A DNA stretch of 64,000 bases from the IMG/VR virus record IMGVR_UViG_3300035698_016128, positions 32,001 to 96,000 of that record; one strand, 5' to 3'. The notes beneath the pieces were generated by a model that was not told the origin of the DNA, did not search any database, and saw nothing but the letters and a program-made list of their open reading frames with translations. A program made the position numbers and the translations under genes. Below are positions 40,175 through 51,367 of this stretch, piece after piece. The stretch comes from a virus. How positions within the stretch are numbered: position 1 is the stretch's first letter; each line of letters opens with the position of its first letter.

Positions 40175-40737
40175 AGAAATAGGCGTCGTACGACATCGTA
40201 TGGACATCGCTAGACAACGAGTTGGAAAACAATTACTATCCATGGGCAATAATTGTCACTCATGTGACTCTTTACGCATATCGGTCATTAATCGCATATA
40301 TATAAGGATATCCACACGATGATCTACATAAGAGTAGAGTATCTGTATATAAGGGCGTCTTCGAGTATAAAAGTGCAAGTATCTGTATAAAGAGTGGGAG
40401 TTGGCAAACAATGAAGTGATGTCCTTTAAGAGCGTTTATATACGAGTTATAGAGTTAAGATATACGAGTTATAGAGTTAAGAGAAGGGAGTTATACAACA
40501 TTTGGTAACGATCTCAGTTTCTTGTAAAACTCACGATCTATATATAATATCTATGATATTAGCTTGGATAAAAGCATCGCCCATATAACATCCCCCTGAG
40601 AGTAAACAAGTAAGGAGCTTATCCATACATCGTAAGGAGAACGATATCCCCCAGTCAGAATATAGCTGTGGATCAGTTGATAACAAGCTCTCTATAATAA
40701 TATATATATAAGAGAGTCTAAATGTATCTTACCGTAA

Positions 40738-43700
40738 CTACTTAGGCAGATACGCCTTACAGTCGTTGTGCTTATTACGATCAAGGAAGGTTCTTGTCTG
40801 TATCCATACCCTTTCCTCCCTGACCGGGGTGCGTACCAGCTCCCAGTAACCGCAGTGCTTATCGAGCACACACTCCTGATGTAACCCCCTGAAGAGGGTT
40901 CTGAACCTACTACACTCTGAACAAAAGACCTTATCAGGCATAGTGTATCCCCTTCTACTAGCGTTAATACATCTCCCCCTATATGGCTACTTCCAACACC
41001 GACGGAAAAGGAAGGGATGGGATATTATTATATATATAGTATATAGAGGGACGAGTAGAGTTTAGAGTTTAGAGTTTACATATCGAATGGGAAAGGCGAC
41101 CCCTTACCCTTACTCTTACTCTCCATCTTCGGGGTAGCCTTCTTCCTTCTCGCCTTCTTCGCCAGCGGCCTCGGGGGGGTAGTAGCGATATATTCCTTCT
41201 TCTTCGGCTTCGGGGGCGGAGTAACGATATATGCTAGCTCTACCGCTACGTCCTCGAGAGTAAGAAGAATCTCTATATCGCTCTCGCTGATAAGGAAGAT
41301 ATTACCGTCGAGCGTTCTTATAATAACCTCCCGCTCGGTACCGCCAAGAAGAAACGGCGTTTCGACTTCGAACATCTGGTTCGTATATTCCTCGGGGAAG
41401 TAATTCGGTAACCCTCCCATAAGGCTCCACTTGATAGTCGTAACTCGGGGAAGGTTAAACCCCGCGTCGTTACGTATACATCCCTTTAACATACCGTAGG
41501 TCTTACGAGCGTTATGCAAATCCATAACTTCTCCTCTTTCTGTGAAAGGTGTACCGAATCTATCGTCCTTACTTAACTCCGCGATAAGGTTCTTTCTTTC
41601 TCTACCTCGGAAGACCGGGTTAGTATCGCCCTCCTTTAATTGATTTATGAACCTAGAGCTTGCCCCTCTCACACCGCACCTCCTTCCAGCGGCATCTCGG
41701 TAAGACTCGCCAGTACCCGTTCCTTGGCGTTCGGGAACTCCATGGCGTAAGCCGGATTGGTAGTACCCAGTTCATAGATCGAGCCTGAGAAGGTGACGAC
41801 CATACCATCACGCTTACCGATGATCTTGGAAGAGCGTACTTCAAGACCGTTAAGGTTAGCACGTGGGTGATCAACGGGGACACCGAGAAGATGTGAGGAA
41901 ATGAGTTCGGGGGCCATATACGGACTCGTCTGCCCGACTATGATTGCCCAGTTGTTGATCGTAATCGGTTTAACTTTATCTGCCATTACGCACCTCCTTC
42001 TAGACTTTGACCAGCCCGAGCCGACCCGGCTCAACCATTGTCATCTTGTTGAGTTCAGCCATTGCCTCTTCCAAAGAAGTAAAGACACGAGCCGCCTCAA
42101 TATGTTCGACCCAGCGACGAATACCGTCACGAGTCTCAAAGTACCACAGGGTACCGACCGGCGATGACATACTAATGTGATGCTCCACCTCACACCTCCT
42201 TAGAAAGGACAATCGCCCTTACAGGGCTGATCATCACAGTCCTTGTCTTCGTTCTCGTAATCGTACGGTTCAAGCCCACAACCTTCGCGAGCCCGATTAC
42301 ATTCAGCCATTGCCTCTGTTTCCTGACCAGCGATGAATGTCTCCCACCGCATACCTCCCATACTGCACCTCCCTTCTTACGAGCGGTTATCGGAACGACT
42401 CAAGTTACGGCTTGCGTAAAGGTTATCCATAAGCTGATCGCAAACATCCATCGGCGCGGACTTGTACAATTCGGAAACCCGCTGGCTGAGGATGCTTGTG
42501 TACTCCGCATCTATACCGTGATGCTTGATGCAGACACAGCCACGCTTGACGATAATGTAGTGCTGGCGCTCGCTGACCTTCCACTCTGCCTTGCACACGA
42601 AACAAACGACAGGTTTACCCATCTTTAATCTCCTTCTTGGCCTTGTACCACTCGTTGTATTCCTCCCGTTGAGGACACCAGCGCATGTGGGGGTTGCTTT
42701 CAGGTCGCCCGTTCATAGTCCAAGCATACCCTCCGCAAGTACAGTAATGCTTAAAGCTCTTTAATGCCTCCGCCTCTGCCCTTGTCACCCTAGTCATCCT
42801 CCACTGTGCTGACCTTGATCTGGTTAACAGCCTTCATGTTGGTCTGAAGGTTCTTGATCACATCCCTATGGTGCTCGAAGACCAGATTCTTGGCGGCTCC
42901 AAGAGTCTTCTGTGCGTTGTGATACTCCGGGTTACCTTCCTTAACCCTGAAGATCCAACTACATGAGCCATCAACGAGGGCGAGATACCTTGCTACTGCC
43001 ATCACTTCACCTCCTTGGCCAATCGCAGAAGAGCAGTTTAACATAGGAGGACATGATGTACACCGACTCAGGTATCCACGTTACACCATCAGCGCAGAGT
43101 ACAAGAAAGTATGGTGCGACGTACAATCCCTTGACGATCACGCCCCCATTGTCCTCATAGTAATGAGTTGGAGTCAACATTCCCTTCTCCTTATCTTACT
43201 TCTTGTGCGGTTGCAAGACTGTACTCACTGAAGTAGAGGATGAAGCACCCATGTTTGGTGTTCATATCTTCCAGGATGTCATCCGTAACTTCCGTCTGTC
43301 CAACGTTGAAGTCATAACAGCAGGAGTTCAGCCACCAATCGTAGAATGTAAGCCAGAACATAATTGCCTCCGTCTAAAGTAGTTTTCCACAAAGAGCCAT
43401 TAACCGCTGAGCAATATCGAGATGTTCGGCTTGCTGTGCCTCTGTGAACGGAGTGCCATTGATTTCAGCCAACCGAATAATCTCACTGGCGGAACCAAGA
43501 AATGATTTCTCCCAAAAGGCCATTTCTTCTTTGATCGGTACAGGCTCGTCTGCCTGTTTGACCATAGCCCTGATCGCATCTTTAGTAGGCATGGTATAGA
43601 ATGGAGCACCCAAGTTGATACACTCCCCATCGCTGTTCTCAACATCATAGTAGTCGATGATACCTTCAGGTGTCTCCGAGTCCCAACACCCATAGACGTA

Positions 43701-43755
43701 ATACGTCATATTGTCAATGAAATAGACAGTGGTTATCTCGCTTCCCGTTTTCATT
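40738..43755 (-). other. Operon of small hypothetical CDSs (40738-40941, 41076-41672, 41669-41986, 42000-42180, 42377-42622, 42615-42797, 42790-43002, 43191-43361, 43374-43755)
   Basis: Packed minus-strand ORFs, several with AAGGAGGTG RBSs; several Cys-rich. Some start coordinates are approximate. Confidence 0.65.
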
Positions 43756-43794
43756 TTCCTATCTCCTTTTCTGGTTGGTGTTACCCTTATTAGT

Positions 43795-43810
43795 TGCAAG
43801 TCGTATGCCA
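43795..43810 (-). promoter_or_regulatory. sigma54-type promoter
   Basis: TGGCATACGACTTGCA. Confidence 0.8.
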
Positions 43811-44114
43811 AGCAAAAACCCGTCTATAGACTATGCGATAGGTGTCTGCTTCTCGGTCCATAGGTAATTGTTTTCTTCTTTTGGGTAATCCCTTACCCAC
43901 TCGTTTTACCATACGACAACATAGCCTTCCCTATCGGCTATCTCCACCAATGTATCCCAGTTATCTTCGACCCACTTGGTGTGCTTATCGCACGAGTCCT
44001 TTTCAAACTTCCTGATGCGCTCTGCAACACGCCCACCTGCCTCATCCATATCTATTACATTTGACTCGTCCATAATGTGGCTCTCCTTTCAAGTGTTGGT
44101 TCACCATTATATGA

Positions 44115-44130
44115 TGCAAGTCGTATGCCA
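44115..44130 (-). promoter_or_regulatory. sigma54-type promoter
   Basis: TGGCATACGACTTGCA, identical to the one at 43795. Confidence 0.8.
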
Positions 44131-44479
44131 ACACTTGGCGACGGTCTTAGATATATATGAGTAATCCACGGAGCTCTATGGTGACGAAATACGGCACCCG
44201 ATGACGCAAATTGTCACCGGGGCCGTCAGACAGTCTAAGGTAGGATGTTATGTAAGAGCCCTGACTCTACGCCTTCTTGACCTTGCCGGTTCCCGGGACA
44301 GAGGCCGCCGCACGAGCACGCTTCATGCCACGCGGAGCATTGGGGTTCTTCTGTCCGGTGTTGCGGTTCTTCGAGCAGTTGCTCCGTGCGCCACACGCAT
44401 CGTAACACGCCTTAACCCTGAATCCTGTACAAGCCATCTCATCTTCTCCTTCGTACCTTCTTGGGTTTAATCCGGTTGG

Positions 44480-44839
44480 CTACAGCGCTTTGTCATCCAC
44501 CTCCAACGAAGGGTGCTTGCCTTTGGCCGACCGCAACGTGAAGTTGAACTCGCTTGCCATGATACCGACCTGCTTCGCCGTGAGGGTGAAGATTCTTCCG
44601 TCATCCAACGTGCCACGAATGGTCTCGACAGTCTTGGCATTGTGAACAACGAAGATGTTGACGATTTTGCCACCGCCAACAACTTCCGGCAGAGGCGGAG
44701 CGGGTTCGGGTACCTTCTCAACGAGTATGCCGGTCCACTGCTTGCCACACTCAGGGCAAGTATGGACCGCCGAAATCTCACCACCACAGCGGTAGCAAGT
44801 CTGCTCGTCGGCCTTCTTGTGGCAGTATGGACATTCCAT
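44480..44839 (-). CDS. Zinc-ribbon hypothetical protein
   Basis: Three CxxC pairs at the N-terminus; GAGGAGG RBS. Confidence 0.7.
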   Translation of the reverse strand: MECPYCHKKADEQTCYRCGGEISAVHTCPECGKQWTGILVEKVPEPAPPLPEVVGGGKIVNIFVVHNAKTVETIRGTLDDGRIFTLTAKQVGIMASEFNFTLRSAKGKHPSLEVDDKAL

Positions 44840-44903
44840 ACGCTTTCCTCCTCATGTTGTGCTACGTTCACGATTTGTAACCCTGCCTTCAGCAGTTAGT
44901 ATA

Positions 44904-44919
44904 TGCGAATCGCATGCCA
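44904..44919 (-). promoter_or_regulatory. sigma54-type promoter
   Basis: TGGCATGCGATTCGCA. Confidence 0.7.
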
Positions 44920-45414
44920 AGCTAAATAGACTACGTAGACACGTCTTTGTATACCAAGGGATATCGGTACGATAAATTATATAGGAACCTCCTTACCCAA
45001 TATGTGAAACTCTTTTCCCACTCGTTCGCCGACCAATAGATATCGTACCATATATATCTTTATACAAGCAAGATCCCAATACGATATCCCCCAGTCAGGT
45101 TTATACTGTGGATCAGTTAATACCTAACGATAAAGAAAGATAATCTAATTAGATAACGATATCCCCAGGTCAGTTTATTGCTGTGGATTATTAGATATCG
45201 CTTGATAGAATAAAAAAGGAGACTTCAACCGCCACAGGGTCATAATAAGAGTCAGAAAGGATAACACCCTCTTACTATGAAGCGAAAACGTGTCGGCTAA
45301 AGTCCCCTATACAACTCACATGCACCGGCGACGCGCTAGAACTTTGCATAAAGTCCCGGCAGCATGAGGATGCTCACCTATGAACGAAGCCACCCACCTC
45401 CTTGATTGTTTATC

Positions 45415-45651
45415 CTACAACATCCACCCCTTGGGGGTCAAGTTCTTCTGAAGGACAACCTCATATGATACCCTGTTGATGAACAAGGACAGAACAGTCC
45501 ACCTGGGCCTTGATTGATACGCCACCGACACCCCATGCTTGAAGTCACGGTGGATTGTAACCTGCTTCCTGTTGCTGGTCAGGTGGACAGTGATATGATT
45601 CCTACCGCTCGAACCCAAGCGGTATCTTCTTATATGCAAATTCAATTCCAT
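45415..45651 (-). CDS. Hypothetical protein
   Basis: 78 aa, GGAG RBS, just downstream of the promoter at 45684. Confidence 0.6.
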   Translation of the reverse strand: MELNLHIRRYRLGSSGRNHITVHLTSNRKQVTIHRDFKHGVSVAYQSRPRWTVLSLFINRVSYEVVLQKNLTPKGWML

Positions 45652-45683
45652 CTCCTTTTCGCTGTGCTGTTACAGGTTAGTAC

Positions 45684-45699
45684 TGCAAACGGTATGCCA
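45684..45699 (-). promoter_or_regulatory. sigma54-type promoter (divergent pair, leftward)
   Basis: TGGCATACCGTTTGCA. Confidence 0.75.
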
Positions 45700-46087
45700 A
45701 CCTAACAAAGTCGCACCCGACCCTATATATATATCGTATTACATCCATAGACATCGTTTATCGCACCCTTTTGCTCAGTTATATGTACTCTAGGAAAACT
45801 TTTACCCACCTCTATACCATCGTAGTTGCATCTACCTAGTCTATTCAGGTACTTACGCCACTTAACGAGTGGGTAAAGAGTTTCACATAATAAGTAATAC
45901 CTTACCCAATACGACATCGCAATAGTATCTTTCAACACCACTTAGAGTATTTACCTATGCTAACGACTCACCTTTCAACACCCTTTTTAATCTTTTAATA
46001 CAATTTATTGTCTAAAAATACATATTCTTGTATCCAACTAATCTTTTTTACACTCTACAAGTCTTTGTAATTGTCTTTCCTTAACGA

Positions 46088-46103
46088 TGGCACATGTTTT
46101 GCA
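46088..46103 (+). promoter_or_regulatory. sigma54-type promoter (divergent pair, rightward)
   Basis: TGGCACATGTTTTGCA. Confidence 0.75.
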
Positions 46104-46159
46104 CCTACTACCTTATAACAACACACACGTACAAGGCGAGTTCAGAAAGGAAAGATGAT

Positions 46160-47416
46160 ATGCCTGAGAAAGATTTGGTAGTTGACCTTGTTGTCGTATA
46201 CCACATAAACTCTGTGTTCAATGAGGACGGAGAAGAAGGGTTATCGAGGGTAGCTGAATGGATTGGCAAAACCAAGCTTAACCCGAAGACAATGTTCAGC
46301 ATCTCATCCAGCATGTTCAGCAAGCACACAGCTCAGCTCTCCATACGGGGTACAATCAAAGAGTCTAAGTTGCAACGCTTCACCGATATAATTCTCAATG
46401 CTCGGTGCTTCGGCACTACCACTGACGCTCGTTGGCGGTATGCCAACACATCCGAATGGAATGACCTGTAAAGGAGCCGATATGCCAAAGCTTGAGTTCA
46501 ATCTTGATGAGGTAGGCACAATCATATCGTTGGTGAGCAGGAATCTGTATGGCATTGACGATAGTAATGTCCGTGAGAAGCAACGGAGTGAAGATATTCT
46601 TCGCAAGATAAGCAAAGTAATCAGCAAACCCATAAAGAAAGGATGTGAACCATGCCAATCATCACCGAAGTAACCGACGCAATCATGAAGATGAGCATTG
46701 AAGATCTCATGGCTGTGCGCAAATGCGTGACGCACAGACACGAAGCTCTCTCGAACGAGAAACGTTATTCCTTCCGAAGCGGTACACGTGTCGAATGGGT
46801 TGGCCCGAAGTCCGGTTACAACAAAGGCACCATCAAGAGGCGCAACCCCAAGACCGCTACCATCGACGCTGACGGAAACGGCGAATGGCGTGTCCCCTAC
46901 CACATGCTCACCGCTATCGGCGCAGAGGCGTAATCATGGGTGACGGATAGCAAGGAAATTCATGTGAAAAAATGGATGCGCAAGGGCATCAACGCCCTAC
47001 AAGCAAGCTCTTGCCGTGTATGGGAATTCGACATTGGTGAGGTCCCCATAAAGCGGTACGCTACACCGGACTCGTTCACTACGAAGGAAGCACGGCTAGA
47101 TTTGTGGATGGGCAACATGATGTGGCAACTCAAAGATCACCACGGCACGAAGATCAACGGAGAACAAGCACGACAGATCATGTTTGAGTATATGTCGTCA
47201 GAATTTTACGAGAAAGTTAATGCCAAGTTCCATCGTAAGAAGGTGGTACCCAAGGAGAAACCGAGGCTGACCTCTAAGGATGTTGGCTGGCTTGCGGAGA
47301 CAGCACCACCTCCACCCGAAGATAAAACCACACCACTACGTAGACCAGTACATAAACCAAATCGCAAACCTGTTCGTAAGCCTACAAGAGTACCAATGAG
47401 GAAGGCCATCGAATGA
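46160..47416 (+). other. Small hypothetical CDSs (~46160-46471, 46480-46673, 46652-46933, 46940-47416)
   Basis: Co-oriented ORFs with RBS-like sites; 46652 has an SH3/KOW-like pattern. Confidence 0.65.
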
Positions 47417-47521
47417 CGAGTGAGAAAACTTTTACTATCTACTGGAAACAATGTACCGCTTATGGTATGCAGGTTGCCCATCTAACGGGCCTTAGACGCC
47501 ATCTAAGGCGTCTGAACGTAT

Positions 47522-47537
47522 TGGCATGGGCATTGCA
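47522..47537 (+). promoter_or_regulatory. sigma54-type promoter
   Basis: TGGCATGGGCATTGCA, 40 nt before ATG 47578. Confidence 0.75.
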
Positions 47538-47577
47538 CTAAATACTAATAAAAAGGGCGCACACAGGGGGAAACGAT

Positions 47578-47778
47578 ATGTTTTGGGTTAATTTTTACGA
47601 CTGGTTCCTTATCTCATTCGGCACAGAAGTTTACGGTGTCGGTAATGACACCACTCTTTACTTCCTTGACAGCATCGATGAAGAATGTCTCGGTGAATTT
47701 GCCGACCTGTATATGACATACACCGGATATAGCGCTGAAGAATGTGTAGACGAATTCATTGGAGTGCAAAATGGCTAA
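47578..47778 (+). CDS. Small acidic aromatic protein (MFWxxFYDW family)
   Basis: Paralog of 43191-43361. Confidence 0.7.
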   Translation: MFWVNFYDWFLISFGTEVYGVGNDTTLYFLDSIDEECLGEFADLYMTYTGYSAEECVDEFIGVQNG

Positions 47779-48499
47779 GGGAAGCGACAGGGTATTTCTT
47801 CGTGCCGAAGCACTTGATATCTTCGATGAAGTGCATGGCGCATTAACCGCAGACGGCATGGTCGTTAAGGCTACGGCTTGTGGTTCGATCAGGCGTGGCA
47901 AGATGATGGTCAACGACCTTGATGTGGTTGTGGTATCGTGCTATGATAATGCCACACCCATCTGGGAGACGATAGCCACAAACCTGTGGGAACCTACCGA
48001 ACGGCTTACCTGTGGCCCAGTCGAATTCAAGTTCAAATACAAGGGACTTCAAATTGATCTGAGAAATTTCCTTCCCGAACAAGAAGGAGCCGGACTACTG
48101 TTCAGTACAGGCAATGCCATGTTCAACATCTCAATGCGCAGTAGGGCTAAGGTGGTCGGCGACAAGAGGGGCGAAACCTTCAAGCTTAACAGGTACGGCG
48201 TCCAATTAATCAAAGGTGGCATTGACGAGAACGTCACCTTTGGCTTCAGCGAGTCAGGTATATTCGGCTTCCTCGGTATGCCATTCGTTGAACCTGCCGA
48301 CAGAAGCTTGGCTGAATACGAAATGCACAGAGCCGACTCACACTCCATACCAATTGAAAACAGCAAAGGAACTGGAGTCTACAATGTGGTGCTGTCTGGG
48401 GGCAAGCTCTCCTGTCCGTGTAAAGGCTTCACATTCCGAGGTAAGTGCCGTCATGTAACCGAGGCACGTGCAATGGTCGATAACATACCCGAAGGGTGA
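47771..48499 (+). CDS. Minimal family X DNA polymerase (palm+thumb) fused to SWIM-type Zn finger
   Basis: PolX motifs CGSIRRGK, NDLDVVV, QIDL, LLFSTGN.MFN.SMR, KLNRYG and ESGIFGFLGMPFVEPADR; C-terminal SCPCKGFTFRGKCRH. Confidence 0.85.
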   Translation: MAKGSDRVFLRAEALDIFDEVHGALTADGMVVKATACGSIRRGKMMVNDLDVVVVSCYDNATPIWETIATNLWEPTERLTCGPVEFKFKYKGLQIDLRNFLPEQEGAGLLFSTGNAMFNISMRSRAKVVGDKRGETFKLNRYGVQLIKGGIDENVTFGFSESGIFGFLGMPFVEPADRSLAEYEMHRADSHSIPIENSKGTGVYNVVLSGGKLSCPCKGFTFRGKCRHVTEARAMVDNIPEG

Positions 48500-48502
48500 G
48501 AC

Positions 48503-49198
48503 ATGGACGATAGGAAAGAAAAGATATTAGATAGAATGAAGAAGCAGGGCAAGCCACAAGATGATACGCTTGTGTCGAAGGAAGACCTTGTGATGTGGTA
48601 CTCAACAGCAATCGAACATGTGCTACGGTCTAACCAAGATATGTTGGCAAGCATAGCAGAAAGACTTGCCAAGCAGTACCCTAATATCTTCTGCGAACTG
48701 GCTGAGTATGACGATGAGGAAGAGAGCGAGAACAACGAAGTATTTAATCTAACTGATGCGGTCAGCCAAGAAGTTGCATCTCATCTTAGACGTGGCGAAA
48801 GTGAAAATGTAATAACTATCCTCATGAGGTTAGGTCGCACGAGAGATGAAGCAATAAAATTTATGGAGAAATATACAGGCAGAATGTTAAGAGGATATGT
48901 TGGCCCAAAGAAAACAAAGGAAGATGAAAACATTCCATTTTAAGGAGATGATATGCCTACCAAGGCGAAGCAAAGAGATTACATAGAAGATGAGGCAGTG
49001 CCATGTATAGTGATCGGGTATGACTTCGCATGCCGAGAGGAGAGAACCTTTCCCGAATGGTACGACAGCACTCAGCCCGACATGCTTGATGCCTTCTTCT
49101 TCAACACAATCTTGATCGACCCAAATGATAACTCGAAGTATTACATCGTACAGTCAATTGACATGGAGTTTAAAACCACCAACGAACAAGGAGAATGA
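48503..49198 (+). other. Hypothetical CDSs (48503-48943, 48953-49198)
   Basis: Co-oriented with RBS-like sites. Confidence 0.65.
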
Positions 49199-49201
49199 AT
49201 C

Positions 49202-49474
49202 ATGGGACAAGGTTATGATCCGAAGCAGAACAAAGTGTTGAAGGAAGTCGAAGCAGGTGAAAGCCTCTTCATCACCGTGAACTCCTACAAGGATGGCGAA
49301 CCCAAGATCCAGATCGCCCGCACCTACCTCAAGAAGGATGAGACACGCGGGTACGGCAAAACAGGTCGGCTCACCGTCACGGAATACGAAGACCTGTGCG
49401 GGGCCATGGAGGAAGTGCTTGACGGGATCGAACGCACCCCGGCTCCCAAGAAAAAGAAGAAGAAGGGCAAGTGA
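49202..49474 (+). CDS. PC4/YdbC-like ssDNA-binding protein
   Basis: ITVNSYKDGEPKIQIAR...GKTGRLTVTEYEDL matches the PC4 fold pattern. Confidence 0.7.
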   Translation: MGQGYDPKQNKVLKEVEAGESLFITVNSYKDGEPKIQIARTYLKKDETRGYGKTGRLTVTEYEDLCGAMEEVLDGIERTPAPKKKKKKGK

Positions 49475-49579
49475 TGTACTCGGTGCTAGATAGGGAAAAA
49501 TGCTTCCACTCTATGGTAAGTAATTGCCCTATCAAAGCGCCGAAGATGTACAATACAGCATCTATAGACGGTTTCCGAG

Positions 49580-49595
49580 TGGCATGCTGTTTGCA
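49580..49595 (+). promoter_or_regulatory. sigma54-type promoter
   Basis: TGGCATGCTGTTTGCA, 41 nt before ATG 49637. Confidence 0.75.
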
Positions 49596-49636
49596 TTACT
49601 TAATGGTACACGCACAGCACCAGAAAGGATAAGCAA

Positions 49637-51367
49637 ATGAATTGTGATAGAAGCGGGGCCACTCCGGTAACGAACCCGGCGCTCCTAGGAATATGGGAAC
49701 AAATCCAGAATGAAGATGAACAAAGAACCAAGGAAGAGAAAACGGAAACTGACATACTCAAACCAATCTTCATGGAATACATCTTAGCAATACAAATCAG
49801 CGAAGATCGCACATGTGTTTCGCTTGCCTTTGCTACATTAATCGGGGCCATGCGCAGTCTAATCGCACCACCATTACGTAATAGGGTAGCGAGCGTCGTA
49901 ACAAGCGATAGAGCATATCAGGCTATGGTAGCCACACTCGACAACACCCAATGCAAGGAGAACAGAGATGGCGAGCAAGAAGAAGGGTAAGAAGAACTCA
50001 GTCTCCGGTACCAAGAAGGAGCTGAAGAAGAAGCTGTCGAAGCCCCAGGACATCAGCCTCAAGAAGAGCGCACCCGAAACGAAGCCGGAGAAGGCTCCGA
50101 AGGGCGAGCCGGGAACCAAGCGGATTCCACTCAGGAAGGTGAAGGCCAGCGATACGGCTTCCTTCCGCGACCGTGCCTACAACGGACCCAACGTGGTCAG
50201 GCGCACCGTTGGCTCCACCCTCGAAGGCAAGGCCCGCGAGAAGTTGGAAAACACGGTGTTCATGGAGGAACTGCGCAATCGTTTCGCCGACGCAAAGCGG
50301 TGCATCATGACCTGTGCCGACAATGCGAACGGCCTGATCTGGCGCTTCTTCCTCGTGGGAACTGACAAGAACATCCGGTTCTGCACCGACGCCACCTTCT
50401 CCAAGGGCATTGGCATGGGCAACCCGACGTGGACCGGCAAGAAGAAGACCACTGGTGGCTTCGGCTGTGTCGACTACGTTTCGGGCGACGGCGTGATTCC
50501 CCAGAGGAACAAGCCGGAGAGCTACCGTTACATCCCGTCAACGGAAGCGAACCTCGAAGGCGTGACGGAATTCATGGAGGCAATGGGGTTCGAGCGCATT
50601 GTGGCCGACTGACAACCCAAACACCCAACATACACGGAGGGCAAGGTAATGGCAGGAGAAAAGAGATTCGTCCCCATTGATTTGATCGAAGAAGAATGGG
50701 AAACCGTGAACATCGGCATGACCAAGCACATGGGTTGTATCACGACCCCCACCATTTTCTGGACGAAAAGCAAGAGAAACAGGTACAGCCTCACGCTCAT
50801 GGGCGACCTTCCGTTCCAGACGGGCGAAATGGTCACCTTCAGGGTGAAGAGAGCCCCGGCTGACGGCAAGGCTGTCGCCATTATGATCACACCGGGAGAC
50901 GGTGTACACGAGAAACGGCTGACGCTCAACACAACCGACCGCAATTCGCGGACCCGCAAGCACAGAATCTCGTGCAAGGAATTGTGGGAGGCGACCCGAC
51001 CCCCCGCTGGCCTTCGCATTGAAGGAGTTTCTGGCCTGACCGGGGAAAACCCCACCATCATCTTCATGTTGTAAGCATCTGTGGGTATTCTCACGAATAC
51101 CCACGGACCTTAACACATGAGGAGGGAAGAATGTCTAAGCCAAAATTTACGATGAGAAAATACATGGGTGATGATAAACTCTCATGGGCTGTGTTCAAGG
51201 ACGGCAGAGCATACATAACAGGGCTGTCAAGGAACATGGCCTCTTACTACAAGAAGCAAGAGGAAGCAAAGTACGACGCGCCCATACAGAGGAAGCCACA
51301 CGCAAGGGCTACCGAAATCCATAAGGATAAAACAAAATATGACCGCAAGAGAAAAGATCGTAGTTAG
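49637..51367 (+). other. Hypothetical CDSs (49637-49990, 49968-50612, 50649-51074, 51131-51367)
   Basis: Co-oriented with RBS-like sites. Confidence 0.65.
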
